Assembly (NCBI GenBank): GCA_947589075.1
Contig: CANQBS010000003.1
Coordinates: forward strand, 23,467-87,466
Reading direction: 5' to 3'
DNA from: an uncultured Acetatifactor sp.
Lineage (GTDB): Bacteria; Bacillota; Clostridia; Lachnospirales; Lachnospiraceae
DNA length: 64,000 nt
The notes beneath the pieces are model-generated. The model ran no database searches. It saw only the letters and a program-made list of their open reading frames with translations, and was not told the origin of the DNA. Made by a program: the position numbers and the translations under genes. Of this stretch, positions 44,843 to 53,441 are shown in pieces (position 1 is the stretch's first letter; every line of letters starts with the position of its first letter).

Positions 44843-45934
44843 TTATATCTGCTCGTTCTGCCTGTGAATCAGGGGGTCTTCATATTTGTCCATAAAGTCT
44901 TCTCCCAGCCGCACCACTTCGTCTGCGAATTGAATCGCCTTGATCTCTGTCAGGACCGCAACCACCTTTTTAAATCTGAGTCCCGGGAAAAAGTTCAGCA
45001 TCTCCATGGGCACAGTGGCGTCAAATTGAGGATATTGGGGAAACAGCTTCCGATAGTCCAGGGAATCCCTGGGATGGGGCTTTATGAAAATCGTTCCTTC
45101 CTGCTTATATTGTTCTATAATATCCCGAAAGATCTGTTCCCTGACCTCCAGGGTACATAAAGGGTCTGTCAGGATCAATATTTTATCTCCGATCCCATTG
45201 CTCCCTTCGATCTGCGCCTTTAAACTGTCCATGTCGCGGATAAAGGCTTTCAGGATCAGCTCCTTGTCCTGCAATGTCAGCCGATCTACCAGCTTCTGGC
45301 GGGGCTCCTCGATATACTGAGGACAAGGGTAACGAATGGCGGAAATATCATTGACCTCCATATCGATACAATACTTTCCATATCCGTTCTGGACAAATAT
45401 CAAATTACATTTTCTGGACAAAAAAACCTTTAAGCCAAAATGCCCCCTGTTATCATACCTGGCAGCGTCAAAATTTTTCAGGCAGTTTAAACCGTCCTCC
45501 AGGGCATGATAGAAGATTTTCTTCTGATTGAGGTAGTATCCGATGGGATCGGAATCGCAAAATACATAAATCTCCCCGTATTCCCTGAAATCCACCGACA
45601 CAAAGGGTTCCTCCAGCTTCGCATACAGCCTGGTGAACTGTATCCTGTACCAAAGATTTCCCAGGAAATTTCCTGTCCCTTCCCTCCATTTTTTCAGCTG
45701 CGGAAAATAATCTTCCCTTTTTTCATCAAATTCAATTACCTCTTCAAAAAGACCTGTACTCTCTGCCCGTTCTTTCAGGCTTTCAAAATCATTGGACAGT
45801 TTGCTCAGCACCAAAGTAGCCTGTCCCTGTTTTTCCTTCGGAAGCTTTAACTCCTTTAAAAAGGTTACATATACATGATAATAGGTGTGGCAAACGTATA
45901 TTCTTTCCTTCATTGCTTTTCTGTCCTTACTCAT
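44843..45934 (-). CDS. Soluble GT-B-like protein with sialyltransferase-type motifs (GT52-like; candidate pseudaminyltransferase)
   Basis: IFYHALEDGLNCL (D/E-D/E-G motif) and GTIFIKPHPRDSLDY (HP motif). No TM segments. First gene of the operon that carries pseF/H/I/G. Confidence 0.45.
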   Translation of the reverse strand: MSKDRKAMKERIYVCHTYYHVYVTFLKELKLPKEKQGQATLVLSKLSNDFESLKERAESTGLFEEVIEFDEKREDYFPQLKKWREGTGNFLGNLWYRIQFTRLYAKLEEPFVSVDFREYGEIYVFCDSDPIGYYLNQKKIFYHALEDGLNCLKNFDAARYDNRGHFGLKVFLSRKCNLIFVQNGYGKYCIDMEVNDISAIRYPCPQYIEEPRQKLVDRLTLQDKELILKAFIRDMDSLKAQIEGSNGIGDKILILTDPLCTLEVREQIFRDIIEQYKQEGTIFIKPHPRDSLDYRKLFPQYPQFDATVPMEMLNFFPGLRFKKVVAVLTEIKAIQFADEVVRLGEDFMDKYEDPLIHRQNEQI

Positions 45935-45972
45935 GACCCTATTCTCATTTTATCGTCATTCCGTCAATAATT

Positions 45973-46000
45973 AGTATAACAGACCCTATTTTTTTGTCAA
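45973..46000 (-). promoter_or_regulatory. Near-consensus sigma-A promoter for the 44843-45934 operon
   Basis: On the minus strand: TTGACA, 16 nt, TGtTATACT. Confidence 0.65.
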
Positions 46001-46041
46001 CGCAATGTTTTTCCAAAAGACGCTTTATTATGGAGACGATT

Positions 46042-46191
46042 TGTGATACAATAATTCTGCTGACGCAGAATTCAAGCCGATTCCATCGGCTTGCCGCCGC
46101 TCATGCGGCGGATTGTATCGGCAATCCACCGCGCGAAAAGTAAATGCCGCTTCGCGGCACTTCCTTTTCTGCGCTTGTGGTACAATAACTC
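46042..46191. repeat. GC-rich multi-hairpin repeat element bounded by direct repeats that each carry an extended -10 box
   Basis: tgtgatacaataattc (46042-46057) and tgtggtacaataactc (46176-46191) flank three hairpins. These are aattctgc/gcagaatt, aagccgat/atcggctt and ccgccgc/gcggcgg, with gccgc/gcggc near the right end. Confidence 0.6.
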
Positions 46192-46224
46192 AAGAAATTT
46201 TCATCATCTCAGACAAGAAAAGGA

Positions 46225-47424
46225 ATGGCCATGGAAAAATTAGCGATCTTCGGGGGAGATCCTGTTCGCAGCACCCCCCTCACTTATGGAAAACAATATA
46301 TCGATGACTCTGACGTTCAGGCTGTGACCGAAACCCTCAAAAGCGATTACCTGACCTGCGGTCCCAAGATTACGGAACTGGAAAGCGCTCTGTGCCAGGT
46401 AACCGACGCTAAATATTGTGTCGTTGTCAGCAGCGGCACCGCCGCTCTTCATATTGCGGCCATGGCAGCAGGGATCGGTCCCGGGGATGAGGTGATCACT
46501 ACCCCCATCACCTTTGCCGCCTCTGCCAACTGCGCCTTATACTGCGGAGCCAAACCGGTTTTTGCAGACATTGATCCCGAGACCTACAATATCGATCCCA
46601 GATCCATCCGCAGATGCATCACCCCCAGGACAAAGGCCATCATTGCCGTAGATTTTACCGGTCAGGCGGTACAGTTGGACGAAATCCGCAGTCTCTGCCA
46701 AAAGCATCATCTGACCTTGATCGAGGACGCCGCCCATTCCATAGGAACCCGCTATAAGGGGCAGCCCGTAGGCAGTATCTCCGATCTGACCGCCTTCAGC
46801 TTTCATCCTGTCAAGACAGTTACCGCAGGGGAAGGAGGCGCCGTCACCACAAATGATGAAGGGCTTTATAAAAAGCTTCTTCTGGCACGTTCCCACGGCA
46901 TCACGAGAGACCGGGAGCAGATGCACCACCCTACAGATGATCCCTGGTATTATGAGCAGATCACTCTTGGGTACAACTATCGTCTTACAGACTTTCAGGC
47001 GGCGCTGTTGCTCAGCCAGTTAAAGAAACTGGACATTTTTGCTGCCAGAAGAAAGGCGATCGCTGCCAGATATAATGAGGCCTTTTCCGCAATCCCTCAG
47101 ATTCAGGTACAAAAACAGATCCCTGAATCCGATACCGTCCGGCATCTGTATATCCTGCGGATAAGGAGCGGCGCTCTCACCTGTACGAGGCGGGAATTCT
47201 TTGACGCCCTCTATGCGGAAAACATACACAGTCAGATCCACTACCTTCCCGTATACTGGCTTCCTTATTACGAACAGCTGGGGTATCAGAAGGGGTTGTG
47301 TCCCAATGCGGAAGCATATTATGGGGAATGTATGAGTCTTCCTCTTTACTATTCCCTGACGGACGAGGATGTGGAGGATGTGATCCATGCGGTGAAAAAA
47401 CTCATCGATCATTACAAAAAATAA
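46225..47424 (+). CDS. pseC: UDP-4-amino-4,6-dideoxy-N-acetyl-beta-L-altrosamine transaminase (DegT family)
   Basis: LTYGKQYIDDSDVQAVTETLKSDYLTCGPKITELE...DEVITTPITFAASAN...SFHPVKTVTAGEGG. The start may be the ATG at 46231. Confidence 0.8.
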   Translation: MAMEKLAIFGGDPVRSTPLTYGKQYIDDSDVQAVTETLKSDYLTCGPKITELESALCQVTDAKYCVVVSSGTAALHIAAMAAGIGPGDEVITTPITFAASANCALYCGAKPVFADIDPETYNIDPRSIRRCITPRTKAIIAVDFTGQAVQLDEIRSLCQKHHLTLIEDAAHSIGTRYKGQPVGSISDLTAFSFHPVKTVTAGEGGAVTTNDEGLYKKLLLARSHGITRDREQMHHPTDDPWYYEQITLGYNYRLTDFQAALLLSQLKKLDIFAARRKAIAARYNEAFSAIPQIQVQKQIPESDTVRHLYILRIRSGALTCTRREFFDALYAENIHSQIHYLPVYWLPYYEQLGYQKGLCPNAEAYYGECMSLPLYYSLTDEDVEDVIHAVKKLIDHYKK

Positions 47425-47428
47425 ACAA

Positions 47429-47470
47429 GAGCCATGCTCTGCTGCAGCCGAAGCAGGACATGGCTTTTCT
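47429..47470. terminator. Bidirectional hairpin terminator between the convergent pseC and 411-aa genes
   Basis: gccatg-ct-ctgct, an 8-nt loop, agcag-ga-catggc, followed by ttttctt on the plus strand. Confidence 0.6.
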
Positions 47471-47498
47471 TATCAGACTCTTCTTATCGGACTTCTCC

Positions 47499-48734
47499 CT
47501 AATAGTACATCAGTCCCAGGAGCAGGTGCCTGAAATACAGCAGCCCGCACCCCAGATGCCAGCCATAAAAAAGCCACTCTGCCATAAGCAGGTACCAGGG
47601 CTTATCCTTTTTCAGGGTGCTTTTCAGCATCACGAAAGCAGACTCTGCGAAGGCGAAAAACATGCCATGCATATAACCCCAGGAAAAATTCATGTCCCCG
47701 CTTCTGGCTCCGCTTTCACACAGCACCATTACCATGATCAGGCTCACAAGCGCCATTTGCCAGGAAAAGCGATAGGCCGCGTTATCCCTGATTTCCCGGC
47801 GATGGATCAGCAGCACGATAACAGGGAAAGCCCATCCCAGGAGGATTGCCAGAGGGATATTCCCGCAATGCATCCTCCAGGCAGTCAACCACCCAAAGGC
47901 TATTCCGGATCCATCCTGTTCTTTGGGACCAAACATTCCAAAAAACTGATACAGCAGATCACAGAAGGTGGGCACAAAACATAACCCCAGGCAGACCGTC
48001 GCCTTAAAATTGGAAAACCTGCTCCGAAACAGCCGATAGAGCATGATCAGGCCTGCGGCTGCCGCCAACAACAGGGTAAAGGTGGGCTTCGTCATGGTCG
48101 ACAGCAGCAGCATAACGCTGAAGATAAGCCCCTTCTTCCAGGAAAATTCTTTTTCGTAGCTTTTCAAAAGCTGCACAAACAGGAAAAAGCATATAATGGA
48201 AAAGGGGCGGACTGCCAGATAGGTGGCATTGTGATATGGATTCGGGGTAAAAACCCCCCGATATCTTCCATAAATCCCCGGAAGGGAATCTAAAAGCACC
48301 GGCGAGAGCATGGAAACCAAAAACAGGGTGATCACCAGAATATCCACGATCCCCCTCAAAAGCCATTCAGAACATTTCCCTGGGATTTTACCCCAGAGGT
48401 CTTCGATCTGTCTGTCAGCTGCCGCCTTTAACAGCACCACGCTCAGACTGTTTAACAGGGTCAGGGCCACCGTAATTGCCCACTCTGCCGGCATAAAAAG
48501 ATCAAAAAAAGCTCCCAGCTTAAAAAATACAGGATAGGAAAAATCCGCTCCGCTCTCCAAACCCTGCATTTCCAAAAGATATACTCCCATATCCGAATGA
48601 TACCACTGCTCATTTCCGATTGCCTGGTGATAAAATAAATAGCCCGTTGCCGCGGTATAACCCATGAGCAGCAGTCCGAAAAATATCCGATCCCAAAGCA
48701 ATATTCTTTTTTCTTCGCTTCTTCTTTTTTTCAT
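47499..48734 (-). CDS. Polytopic membrane protein (polymerase/ligase- or GT-C-like candidate), function unknown
   Basis: 411 aa, about 11 helices, loop motif WYHSDMGVYLLEM. Last gene of its operon. Confidence 0.5.
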   Translation of the reverse strand: MKKRRSEEKRILLWDRIFFGLLLMGYTAATGYLFYHQAIGNEQWYHSDMGVYLLEMQGLESGADFSYPVFFKLGAFFDLFMPAEWAITVALTLLNSLSVVLLKAAADRQIEDLWGKIPGKCSEWLLRGIVDILVITLFLVSMLSPVLLDSLPGIYGRYRGVFTPNPYHNATYLAVRPFSIICFFLFVQLLKSYEKEFSWKKGLIFSVMLLLSTMTKPTFTLLLAAAAGLIMLYRLFRSRFSNFKATVCLGLCFVPTFCDLLYQFFGMFGPKEQDGSGIAFGWLTAWRMHCGNIPLAILLGWAFPVIVLLIHRREIRDNAAYRFSWQMALVSLIMVMVLCESGARSGDMNFSWGYMHGMFFAFAESAFVMLKSTLKKDKPWYLLMAEWLFYGWHLGCGLLYFRHLLLGLMYY

Positions 48735-48778
48735 GACACTCCCGATCCCTGCAAAACACTTTATTCCCTTACTGTCTG

Positions 48779-48858
48779 ATCTTTCTTATTCTCGCAGTCC
48801 CCTTATCGTCTGATCTTCCTTATTGCCAAATCTTCCTTATTCCCAAATCTTCCTTATT
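48779..48858. repeat. 17-bp periodic repeat array in the intergenic spacer
   Basis: atcttccttatt occurs at 48813, 48830 and 48847, and atctttcttatt at 48779. On the coding (minus) strand each unit reads AATAAGGAAGAT, which is SD-like. Confidence 0.8.
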
Positions 48859-48892
48859 TCCAGACTTTCATCCTTCCTTCGAAATCCCAGGT

Positions 48893-50467
48893 CTAATATC
48901 TCCCGTAGATCACGGTTTCCGCCCTTCTGCCCAGCTCCCTGAAGCCCGCGTCCCTGCACATCTCATCAATCTTTCCTCCGGAAACAGTTGCAATATACCG
49001 GCTCTGCAGCTCTGTAAAATTTGTCATAACATAATCCTGGTCGCAGCAGCTGATGCCAAACCCGTCAGGCACCGCATACAGAGCCTGCCACCTGGTCATT
49101 TTGGCTCCTTCTTCTCCGGGGATTTCGTCGCTTAACACCCAAATAATAACGTTTTCGTAACCAGGAACCTCTTCCTTTTGCAAAGTCATCTGGTCTCCCA
49201 GCTTCTCTTCCCAATAAGCGATCTCCTGTCCCTTTTCTTCCGTCCAAAAGGGAATCTCGTAATCATCCCGATATTTGTCCTGTACCGTAAACAGACAAAC
49301 AAAAATAACGCCCAAAAACATGGCCTTTTTATAAAATCGGGTTTCCATCAGGCTCACAAGGAAAATCCCTGCCGCAATAAAAGTCATGAAATGTCTGCCA
49401 GCTGCCACTAACCTGTACATTAATAAAACAGCCCCCATCATGATCACACAGGATACTGTAAAATGTCCGTATAAAAGGGCATTGTTCCTGTCCTTCTTTT
49501 TAATACAGTAAAACGTCTGCCAGCAGAACAAAACCAATATTGCCATAAAGCTGACAAAATAGACGCCCTCCGGGAGGCCGCTGTGGAACCCTTCTACGGC
49601 CCTCACAAGGAATTCCCGTCCCTGATACCATAACACACCCAATATATGCCTGCAGCCTGATACAAACCCATCTTTTAAAAAGAAAGAGACCCAAGTCGTA
49701 TCATACATCGGTACAAGGTAGGCAGCGCTCAGATAATGGCTGATGACCCCATAAACGCCCATGGTTCCCCCCAGGATTGCCACCGACCCCAAGAGACTGA
49801 TATATTTTTTTCTGCGCCGGATCCAGAAAATGATCGGAAGGAGAAGGAACAAAGCCAGATAGGGCCGCATCCAGGTCAAAAGTACTGCCAAGACGAACAT
49901 GGACGCCAGCTTCCAGACAGCTTCCCCTTCGTTTAAAAAGCTGACCGCCAGACCATAAAAAATAATGAGCAGGCTGACACAGGTTATTTCCGGCATTCCC
50001 GACAGCATGTATCTCGTAAAATGAGTTATGATACAAAACAGGATCGTCAAAATCCCCAGCTGGCGGTTATCAGGCTTCGTAAGCAATACAAAAAGAAAGA
50101 CTGCCAGCATCATCAGCGCAATATTACAATACAGGGGAGACATGAAATTCCACCCGAAAAAAATCCCCCATAAGATCCAGGGAATAAGCAGGAAAGGACT
50201 CCATGCCGCGAAGGACAGCTTCAGCGCGTGACTTTCATTAAATCCAAAATATCCCAAGGGATATCCATATTTCAGCACCGCACCTGCCTGTTTATAATAA
50301 AACAGTTCATCGTTCCATTCACTGGCCGGCAGATAGACCTCCTTTAAAGAATGTCCCTGCAGCCTGCAGCCCACAAAACAGCATAAAAGCGGAAGAAGAG
50401 ACATAAACGCCGCCCTGATCCACCGCCTGTATCTGGTATAAAAGGAAACCGCCTTACTCTTCCACAT
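48893..50467 (-). CDS. Polytopic membrane protein with C-terminal soluble domain (GT-C-like candidate partner of the upstream GT2)
   Basis: 524 aa. First-loop motif ASEWNDELFYYKQ. It overlaps the upstream GT2 gene by 14 nt. Confidence 0.5.
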   Translation of the reverse strand: MWKSKAVSFYTRYRRWIRAAFMSLLPLLCCFVGCRLQGHSLKEVYLPASEWNDELFYYKQAGAVLKYGYPLGYFGFNESHALKLSFAAWSPFLLIPWILWGIFFGWNFMSPLYCNIALMMLAVFLFVLLTKPDNRQLGILTILFCIITHFTRYMLSGMPEITCVSLLIIFYGLAVSFLNEGEAVWKLASMFVLAVLLTWMRPYLALFLLLPIIFWIRRRKKYISLLGSVAILGGTMGVYGVISHYLSAAYLVPMYDTTWVSFFLKDGFVSGCRHILGVLWYQGREFLVRAVEGFHSGLPEGVYFVSFMAILVLFCWQTFYCIKKKDRNNALLYGHFTVSCVIMMGAVLLMYRLVAAGRHFMTFIAAGIFLVSLMETRFYKKAMFLGVIFVCLFTVQDKYRDDYEIPFWTEEKGQEIAYWEEKLGDQMTLQKEEVPGYENVIIWVLSDEIPGEEGAKMTRWQALYAVPDGFGISCCDQDYVMTNFTELQSRYIATVSGGKIDEMCRDAGFRELGRRAETVIYGRY

Positions 50468-51389
50468 TGATCTTCTCCCTGATCACATATTGGGGGGAAT
50501 TATTCAGACAAATATAGATCCTTCCAATATATTCTCCAATCAGTCCAAGCATTAACATCATCATTCCGCCAAAAAACACAATGGCGGACATGATAGAGCT
50601 GAAGCCCAGGGGCACAGCCGGATTCACCAGCTTTTTAATGATCGTATAAAACCCGTAAAGGAATCCTGCTCCCGCGCAAAAAGCGCCCATAACAGTTGCG
50701 ATCCGCAGGGGTTTCACGGAAAAGGCCGTAAAGCCGTTGATCCAGAGGTTCCACAACTTTTTCAAGGTATAACCCGATTTTCCCTCTTTCCGATCCCTGT
50801 GGTTTACCGTCACATTGGCAATATTGTTGGTCGAACGCAGCACAAGACCGATGACATAGGGAAACGAGTTCTCATACCGGATCATATCCTCTGCCACAAA
50901 TCGCTTTATGGCAAAATAACTGGAAACATAAAGGGACGCCGGTTTATTCAGCATGACCCGAAGCATGATCTCATTGACCCTGCTTCCGAAATTCCGAAAC
51001 GCGGAATGGTGCTTATGTTCATATCGGGCGTAAACCGCATCATAATCCTCCTCCAGCTTTCCGATCAGTTTTCCCGCCTCATCCGCCGGCGTCTGTCCGT
51101 CGTCATCCAGGCAGACGATATAATCCCCTGCGGCATGTCTGATCCCGGCCATCAGCGCCGCATGCTGTCCGAAATTTTTTGCGAGGCTGATTCCCTTTAT
51201 ATAGGGCTTTTGCGCGCATAACTGCCGGATCACTTCAAAGGTATCGTCGGGAGAGCAGTCATTGACCAATACCATTTCATATTCATACTGTTTTAATACG
51301 CCCTTCATCGTCTCCTCGATCTCGGATACCACCTGAGGGAGGGTATGGGACGAACGATAACATGGAATCACAAAACTGATTTTCTTCAT
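50454..51389 (-). CDS. Polyprenyl-phosphate glycosyltransferase (ArnC/GtrB-like GT2)
   Basis: ISFVIPCYRSSHTL...LVNDCSPDDT...IVCLDDDGQTP...two C-terminal helices...GLIGEYIGRIY. Confidence 0.85.
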   Translation of the reverse strand: MKKISFVIPCYRSSHTLPQVVSEIEETMKGVLKQYEYEMVLVNDCSPDDTFEVIRQLCAQKPYIKGISLAKNFGQHAALMAGIRHAAGDYIVCLDDDGQTPADEAGKLIGKLEEDYDAVYARYEHKHHSAFRNFGSRVNEIMLRVMLNKPASLYVSSYFAIKRFVAEDMIRYENSFPYVIGLVLRSTNNIANVTVNHRDRKEGKSGYTLKKLWNLWINGFTAFSVKPLRIATVMGAFCAGAGFLYGFYTIIKKLVNPAVPLGFSSIMSAIVFFGGMMMLMLGLIGEYIGRIYICLNNSPQYVIREKINVEE

Positions 51390-51436
51390 ATAAGTAACCC
51401 TTCTTTTCTGCTGACGTTTCGGCGGATCACGGCGGT

Positions 51437-52075
51437 TCAGCCTTCTCCGGAAGCCTTTCCGCTTTCCCGGGACACTTTCTCATCTTCCCCGGAAGCTTTT
51501 CCGCTTTCCCCGGACGCTTTCTCATCTTCTCCGGAAGCCTTTCCGCTTTCCCCGGGATTCAAAACCGCCATCAATACAATATCTCTGTAGTTTCCTTCTA
51601 TACAGACATCATCCCGCAGATAGCCTTCTTTTGTGAATCCCGCTTTTTCATAGCTGCGGATCGCCTGGATATTATCTGCAAAGGCACGCAGGAATACCTT
51701 GTGCAGCTTAAGCTCTTCAAAACAATATTCCAGCATCAGACGGGCAGCCCGGGTGCCGATTCCCTTTCCCCTGGCATCAGCTTCCCCGATAAAAATACCA
51801 TATTCCCCTTTCCGGTGCCTCAGATCAATATCCCTGACATACACGCTTCCTACGGGCTTCCCTGTATCCGCCATGCATATGATCTTCTGCACGACCCTGC
51901 CTGTATCCACCATGGTTGCGATCCAGTTCAGGTGTCCTTCCCTGGTAAACGGCGCCTGATCGATAAATCTTTTGCGGACCACATCTGTATTGCGCCAGGA
52001 TATGATCAGATCCGTATCCTCTTTTGTCATCGGACGAAGGTAGATATCCGGAATCTCACTTTCATGCCCGCACAT
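51437..52075 (-). CDS. GNAT N-acetyltransferase (RimL/PseH-like) with a repetitive C-terminal tail
   Basis: LRPMTKEDTDLIISWRNTDVVRKRF...GEYGIFIGEADARGKGIGTRAARLMLEYCFEELKLHKVFL, with the tail GESGKASGEDEKASGESGKASGEDEKVSRESGKASGEG. Confidence 0.8.
   Translation of the reverse strand: MCGHESEIPDIYLRPMTKEDTDLIISWRNTDVVRKRFIDQAPFTREGHLNWIATMVDTGRVVQKIICMADTGKPVGSVYVRDIDLRHRKGEYGIFIGEADARGKGIGTRAARLMLEYCFEELKLHKVFLRAFADNIQAIRSYEKAGFTKEGYLRDDVCIEGNYRDIVLMAVLNPGESGKASGEDEKASGESGKASGEDEKVSRESGKASGEG
51440..51553 (-). repeat. In-frame 42-bp (14-aa) tandem repeat, about 2.7 copies, at the 3' end of the GNAT gene
   Basis: ccggaagc(c/t)tttccgctttccc(c)gg(g)ac(a/g)ctttctcatcttc(c/t) is repeated on the plus strand. 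Confidence 0.85.
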
Positions 52076-52136
52076 CCTGTTTTCCCCTTTCCTCTCCTGT
52101 TAAAAGGGCAGCAGCTTTCACCCATAAATTTCCATC

Positions 52137-52165
52137 ATTGTAACATATCCCAAATATCTGCGCAA
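52137..52165 (-). promoter_or_regulatory. Sigma-A promoter upstream of the GNAT gene
   Basis: On the minus strand: TTGCGC, 17 nt, TGtTACAAT. Confidence 0.55.
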
Positions 52166-52190
52166 TATCAGCCGACAAACATGATAGGAA

Positions 52191-52285
52191 ATTCGCAGCA
52201 GTTCAGCCAATGCCCAAGCCGAACAAGTTCAGAAGCCGAATAAATTCGGCTGGCGAAGCCGCACTACGCGCTTTTCGTCGCTTCC
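52191..52285. repeat. GC-rich hairpin repeat, homologous to 58915-58980
   Basis: cagttcagccaatgcccaagccgaa...agccgaataaattcggct...cgaagccgcactacgcgcttttcgtcgcttcc aligns with cagttcactccacgcccatgccgaataaatcaggctttcgaagccgcgcttacgcgctttacgact. This copy carries an internal 18-nt duplication. Confidence 0.65.
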
Positions 52286-52311
52286 AGGTCCGCTCCAAAG
52301 GAGCAGACATA

Positions 52312-53409
52312 CTACCTTTGCTCATCAATTGGCGCTTCCTCACGGAAATCGCGCCACAAAGCTTCATAATCATAGTTCAATGCATACAAATACATCGATT
52401 CAACATATTCTTCCAGGTTTTCCTGTGTCACAAGCCTGTTCCCGTCCCGAATAGACTCGAAAATATACCTGTTGTATTCCGGGCTGTAATGGGATTCATC
52501 CCTATACTGTTCCAAATCGGATATTTTCTCGAAATCGTTCTGAAAATAATAAATCTTCACATTCTCATACTGATTCAATCGCTGCATCGAATGTTTATAC
52601 ATCTCTAACATTTGTTCCAGCTCGTTGTTTAACATTTTTTCTTCCCAATACAGGATACTGTAAGGCGGATAAAATATATAGAATTCCGTTTCTGGATTTT
52701 CTTCGATGAAGTCAGTAATATTGTTTAAATTCTGATCACAGATTTCTATCAGGCTTTCCAAACTCCGGCCCTCGTTCTCCTGCTCTGAAAGCGCCTGTAT
52801 GGCAGGCGCCGTATAGGTCAGCACAGCTTTTTTCCCAAAATACTCCTCATCCTCCCAGGTATAGGCTTCCTCCAGGTTGCTTTTTCTGCCCTGAAGCTTA
52901 TCCAGTATCCTTTCCAGGGAAATCGTAAAGACATCAAAGCTATACAAATAGGGTATATCGTCCGCCAGACTCTCAGTGTATAAATACTGCGGCCTCTCCA
53001 CATATGCCGTCCAGGCCGGTACCGTTAACTGATAATCGTTGATATCCATTACAATATGACGCGGCAGATCTTCCCTTTCAAATACCTGTCCCATAATTGC
53101 CTTCAGATCGTCGGTCCTCGCACCTGAATAGGATAATTTCACCGTATCCCAGCCCAGCTCATCAAACCAGGAAACCCGAAAATTTTCCGTCATGGAGGTT
53201 CCCAGGATCACGCTGTCATACTCCAGATGCCTCGCAGCCCCGGGAGTCTGGTATACGGCGTTTTCCAGTACCGTTGGAATTCCAAACCATGCTTTATGAT
53301 AATGATAAAAAGGATCTACGCAGAATATAAATACTGCTACCGCTATGCCTGCCATAACCGCGCCAAACAGATATCCAAGCAGACGGATAAAATTATTTTT
53401 TTCTGACAT
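52312..53409 (-). CDS. Membrane-anchored SGNH-like (DltD/AlgJ/PatB-type) O-acyltransferase partner of the MBOAT
   Basis: N-terminal TM helix, block I-like VILGTSMTENF, and block V-like RDESHYSPEYN. Immediately downstream of the MBOAT gene. Confidence 0.6.
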   Translation of the reverse strand: MSEKNNFIRLLGYLFGAVMAGIAVAVFIFCVDPFYHYHKAWFGIPTVLENAVYQTPGAARHLEYDSVILGTSMTENFRVSWFDELGWDTVKLSYSGARTDDLKAIMGQVFEREDLPRHIVMDINDYQLTVPAWTAYVERPQYLYTESLADDIPYLYSFDVFTISLERILDKLQGRKSNLEEAYTWEDEEYFGKKAVLTYTAPAIQALSEQENEGRSLESLIEICDQNLNNITDFIEENPETEFYIFYPPYSILYWEEKMLNNELEQMLEMYKHSMQRLNQYENVKIYYFQNDFEKISDLEQYRDESHYSPEYNRYIFESIRDGNRLVTQENLEEYVESMYLYALNYDYEALWRDFREEAPIDEQR

Positions 53410-53441
53410 AATCTGTTTTCCTCCCCAACATGAGGAATGAT

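Noticed and set aside
45935-46224. An invertible (phase-variable) promoter between the divergent GT52-like and pseC genes.
   Set aside because: The flanking 16-nt repeats are direct rather than inverted. Both divergent promoters are present at once, and the window encodes no recombinase.
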